Source of the DNA: Narcine bancroftii
Taxonomy: Eukaryota
DNA: 64,000 nt
Assembly (NCBI RefSeq): GCF_036971445.1
Contig: NC_091473.1
Coordinates: forward strand, 215,574,001-215,638,000
Reading direction: 5' to 3'
Part shown: piece by piece, positions 61,666 through 64,000 of the stretch
Layout of the letters: every line of letters begins with the position of its first letter
Position numbering within the stretch: the first letter of the stretch is position 1
Made by a program: the position numbers and the translations under genes
Notes under the pieces: generated by a model
What the model was told of the DNA's origin: nothing
The model's input: the letters and a program-made list of their open reading frames with translations, nothing else
The model's database searches: none

Positions 61666-64000
61666 CTGTGGATCAGAAAGAGGAGATGTCAGAATTGTAG
61701 TGGAAACTTTTCTCTTTGTGATGGAAAGTCAAAGCAGATCCAAGTGCATTGTGGCAGTGAACTGGAAACAAGGTAACAGAAACTCGCAAGGGTGGAAAGG
61801 TGTGCTGCAAATGTTGGCTGGGAAAATAAACTCAGTATAAAGGACCTGCCAAATGGGTTTAATCGCCTTCCCCACAACTGTGACCACAAGGTTCAGAGCA
61901 GGGACTCGATGGGAGGTGAGAGGCTGAACAACATTTTGATGCTGCAAAGCCAGTCACAGGTTTGTGGGAAGCCAGAAGAGAGGGAAGTGGGCATATTTCT
62001 CATCAGAGACAATTCAATATCTTCTTCACATGGAGCCCCTGTGGAATGAGTTACCTCCACTGAGCATTGTGAATCAATGAGAATCCTTTTCTCTGGACTG
62101 AGGCTGGGATTCCCTCAGTTTGTATTCAGTTAATAAATGCATCCTGGAATAAAACACTCTCTTTGGTGGTGGGGATTATAAAGTATTTGTGCTGTTATAA
62201 AACCCATCTGGTCCACTGTTGTTCATCACCAGAAGAAATCTGTCATCTATACCTGGTCTGGTTGCATGTGACTCCAGACCTGCAGTTACATGGCCAAGCC
62301 CTGGTCCAGCAAAACCCTCAGTTCAAGAGCGATCAATGAGGGACATGAAATTGTGAATGAATATGATTCCTCTGTGACGGAGCTTTGGGGGCACCTGACA
62401 TCTGGGTTTGAATCAGTTTTCTGTGAGTGTGCTCCAGTGAAGTGGTGCGGTGTTTTAATATTTGAAAATAACTATTTGAAAGAAAGATGTGGACAACTTG
62501 CTCTCCAGCAACAACAGAGCAAACCATAAATCTGGAGAATAACAGAAATCTCCCTCATGCTGCACTTTGGGAAATTTTTGGAACAGATGTAGTTTCCCCG
62601 TTTCATTTTAGAATCGTTTGTTTCCTGTTTTCTGCAAAGCCACTGGTCTCCTCAAGCACCATCGTCACATCAGTTAAACTGCAGTTCACCATTTACACAA
62701 TCAGTCACTTTGGTCCACGAGGGCTGTGTTTGCTTTCAAACACTTTTCAAGGAGGGTGATTATGTTTGTGTCAGGGTTGAAACCTTCACGACATTCAGCG
62801 TAAATTCCTCTATGGTATTTAGAGCAGATATAATGAACTCTGTGCCTGTCTGGCAGGACACATTTCATTTGATGACATATGATGTTATCTCTTGCTCAAC
62901 CCATCTTTCTTTTAACAAGTGTTGAGCAATTTAAAAACATATGACAGGTACCTGGTGTTAGTCCAGATAAGATTTCTCGCAGTGTGTGGTCTGAAGTTTG
63001 TAAAGTGAGGTGTGTGGTGTCAGGGTTATTTCTTTCAGAATATTGGTTTAATCAGTACAGTGATGTTGTTGAACGTTTGTTTGTTGTTCAGTGCCATCCC
63101 ATATCAATGACAAAATCCAATGCTCAGCCATCTCTGGTGAGAGGCAGTTCCCCCTCATAAGTCCTCACAGTGTCAAGATAGCTTTCCTTTTTGCAAAGTG
63201 CTGATATTATTCTATTAACCTTTGGGTGATTACACCCACACACTCCCCTCAGTGGCATTCCTTGTGATCACTGAGTTTCTCTCTTGGACTGAGTTCAGTG
63301 TCCAGGAAGTGAGTGAACAAAATGCTTCCAATGTTTGCTGTCCATCCCTTTCACACCAAGCGCGTGAGTTTGGTCAGGTCACTGGTGGGGTCCTGTGGTT
63401 TGTCTCACTGATTTGTCACAGGCCCCTTTTCTTACAGGTTGTCACATTCTGTAACTGAGCCAAGGTGACATTTCACCCCTGTATATCTTCAGCACCTCCT
63501 CCCCAAGCCACTGGCTGAGATGTAGTTTCTGGTTCTTGCTGACCTGGAAAGAAGGTGGTGAAGGGAAGTGGGGCTGGGATCTGAATCACACTGAACCAGC
63601 AATGTCCACAAATGAATGAGTGTACATGTGAGGTGTGGAGTGGGGATGGGGCAGCTTGAATTGATGCCTTGTTCTCTGCTGCACTTTGATCTCAGTGGAT
63701 ATGGTGGGATAGATTTGAATCCAGAAAATGGATTGTAATAAAATTCACTGACGAATTCCACATGCAGCCAATCACTTTATTTGACACTTTCCTTGTGAAC
63801 AATGATACGGTCGGGTGGTACCATCAGAGAATGTCACATTGACATTAGTCTGCTGGAAGAATATCGGCACACACGTCGAACAGCTGGGACAGTTTTTATC
63901 TGAAAATGGAAGATGCATAGATTTAACCATTAGATATTCTCTCCTCTACTGGCTGCACTGAGAAAGGAAGTAGCTCCACACAGTCCCGACCTCTATTCTC

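Noticed and set aside
61666-64000. V, D, J segments, RSS, C1 or C2 exons
   Set aside because: No Ig-fold ORF or convincing heptamer-spacer-nonamer was seen; they presumably lie beyond the window end.

Overview
Eukaryotic, transposon-rich DNA, most likely from a cartilaginous fish (shark, skate or ray). It holds the 3' half of an immunoglobulin heavy-chain minilocus on the minus strand, best read as IgW (omega); IgNAR is the alternative because IgW C3-C6 are homologous to IgNAR C2-C5. In transcription order: C3 (61665-61366), C4 (61280-60963), C5 (59927-59607), then C6 with secretory tailpiece (58512-58127) and its AATAAA (57871). About 17 kb further downstream is a second, diverged but intact C3'-C4' exon pair (41131-40829, 40740-40423) followed by a decayed C5' pseudo-exon (~39650-39446). 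TM1 (34351-34209), a probable TM2 (33602-33591) and an AATAAA (33460) follow. V/D/J, C1 and C2 are not in the window, so domain numbering is by homology. The main finding is this architecture: a duplicated constant-domain cassette lying 3' of the secretory poly(A) site, which only read-through (membrane-type) transcripts can use, bracketed by ~2-kb direct repeats. The rest is mostly retroelements: a full-length L1 with two nested CR1s, a nearly intact RTE plus an in-frame internally deleted sister copy, Gypsy and BEL remnants, solo LTRs, Penelope remnants and SINEs. There are also local segmental duplications. All alignments and identities were done by eye.
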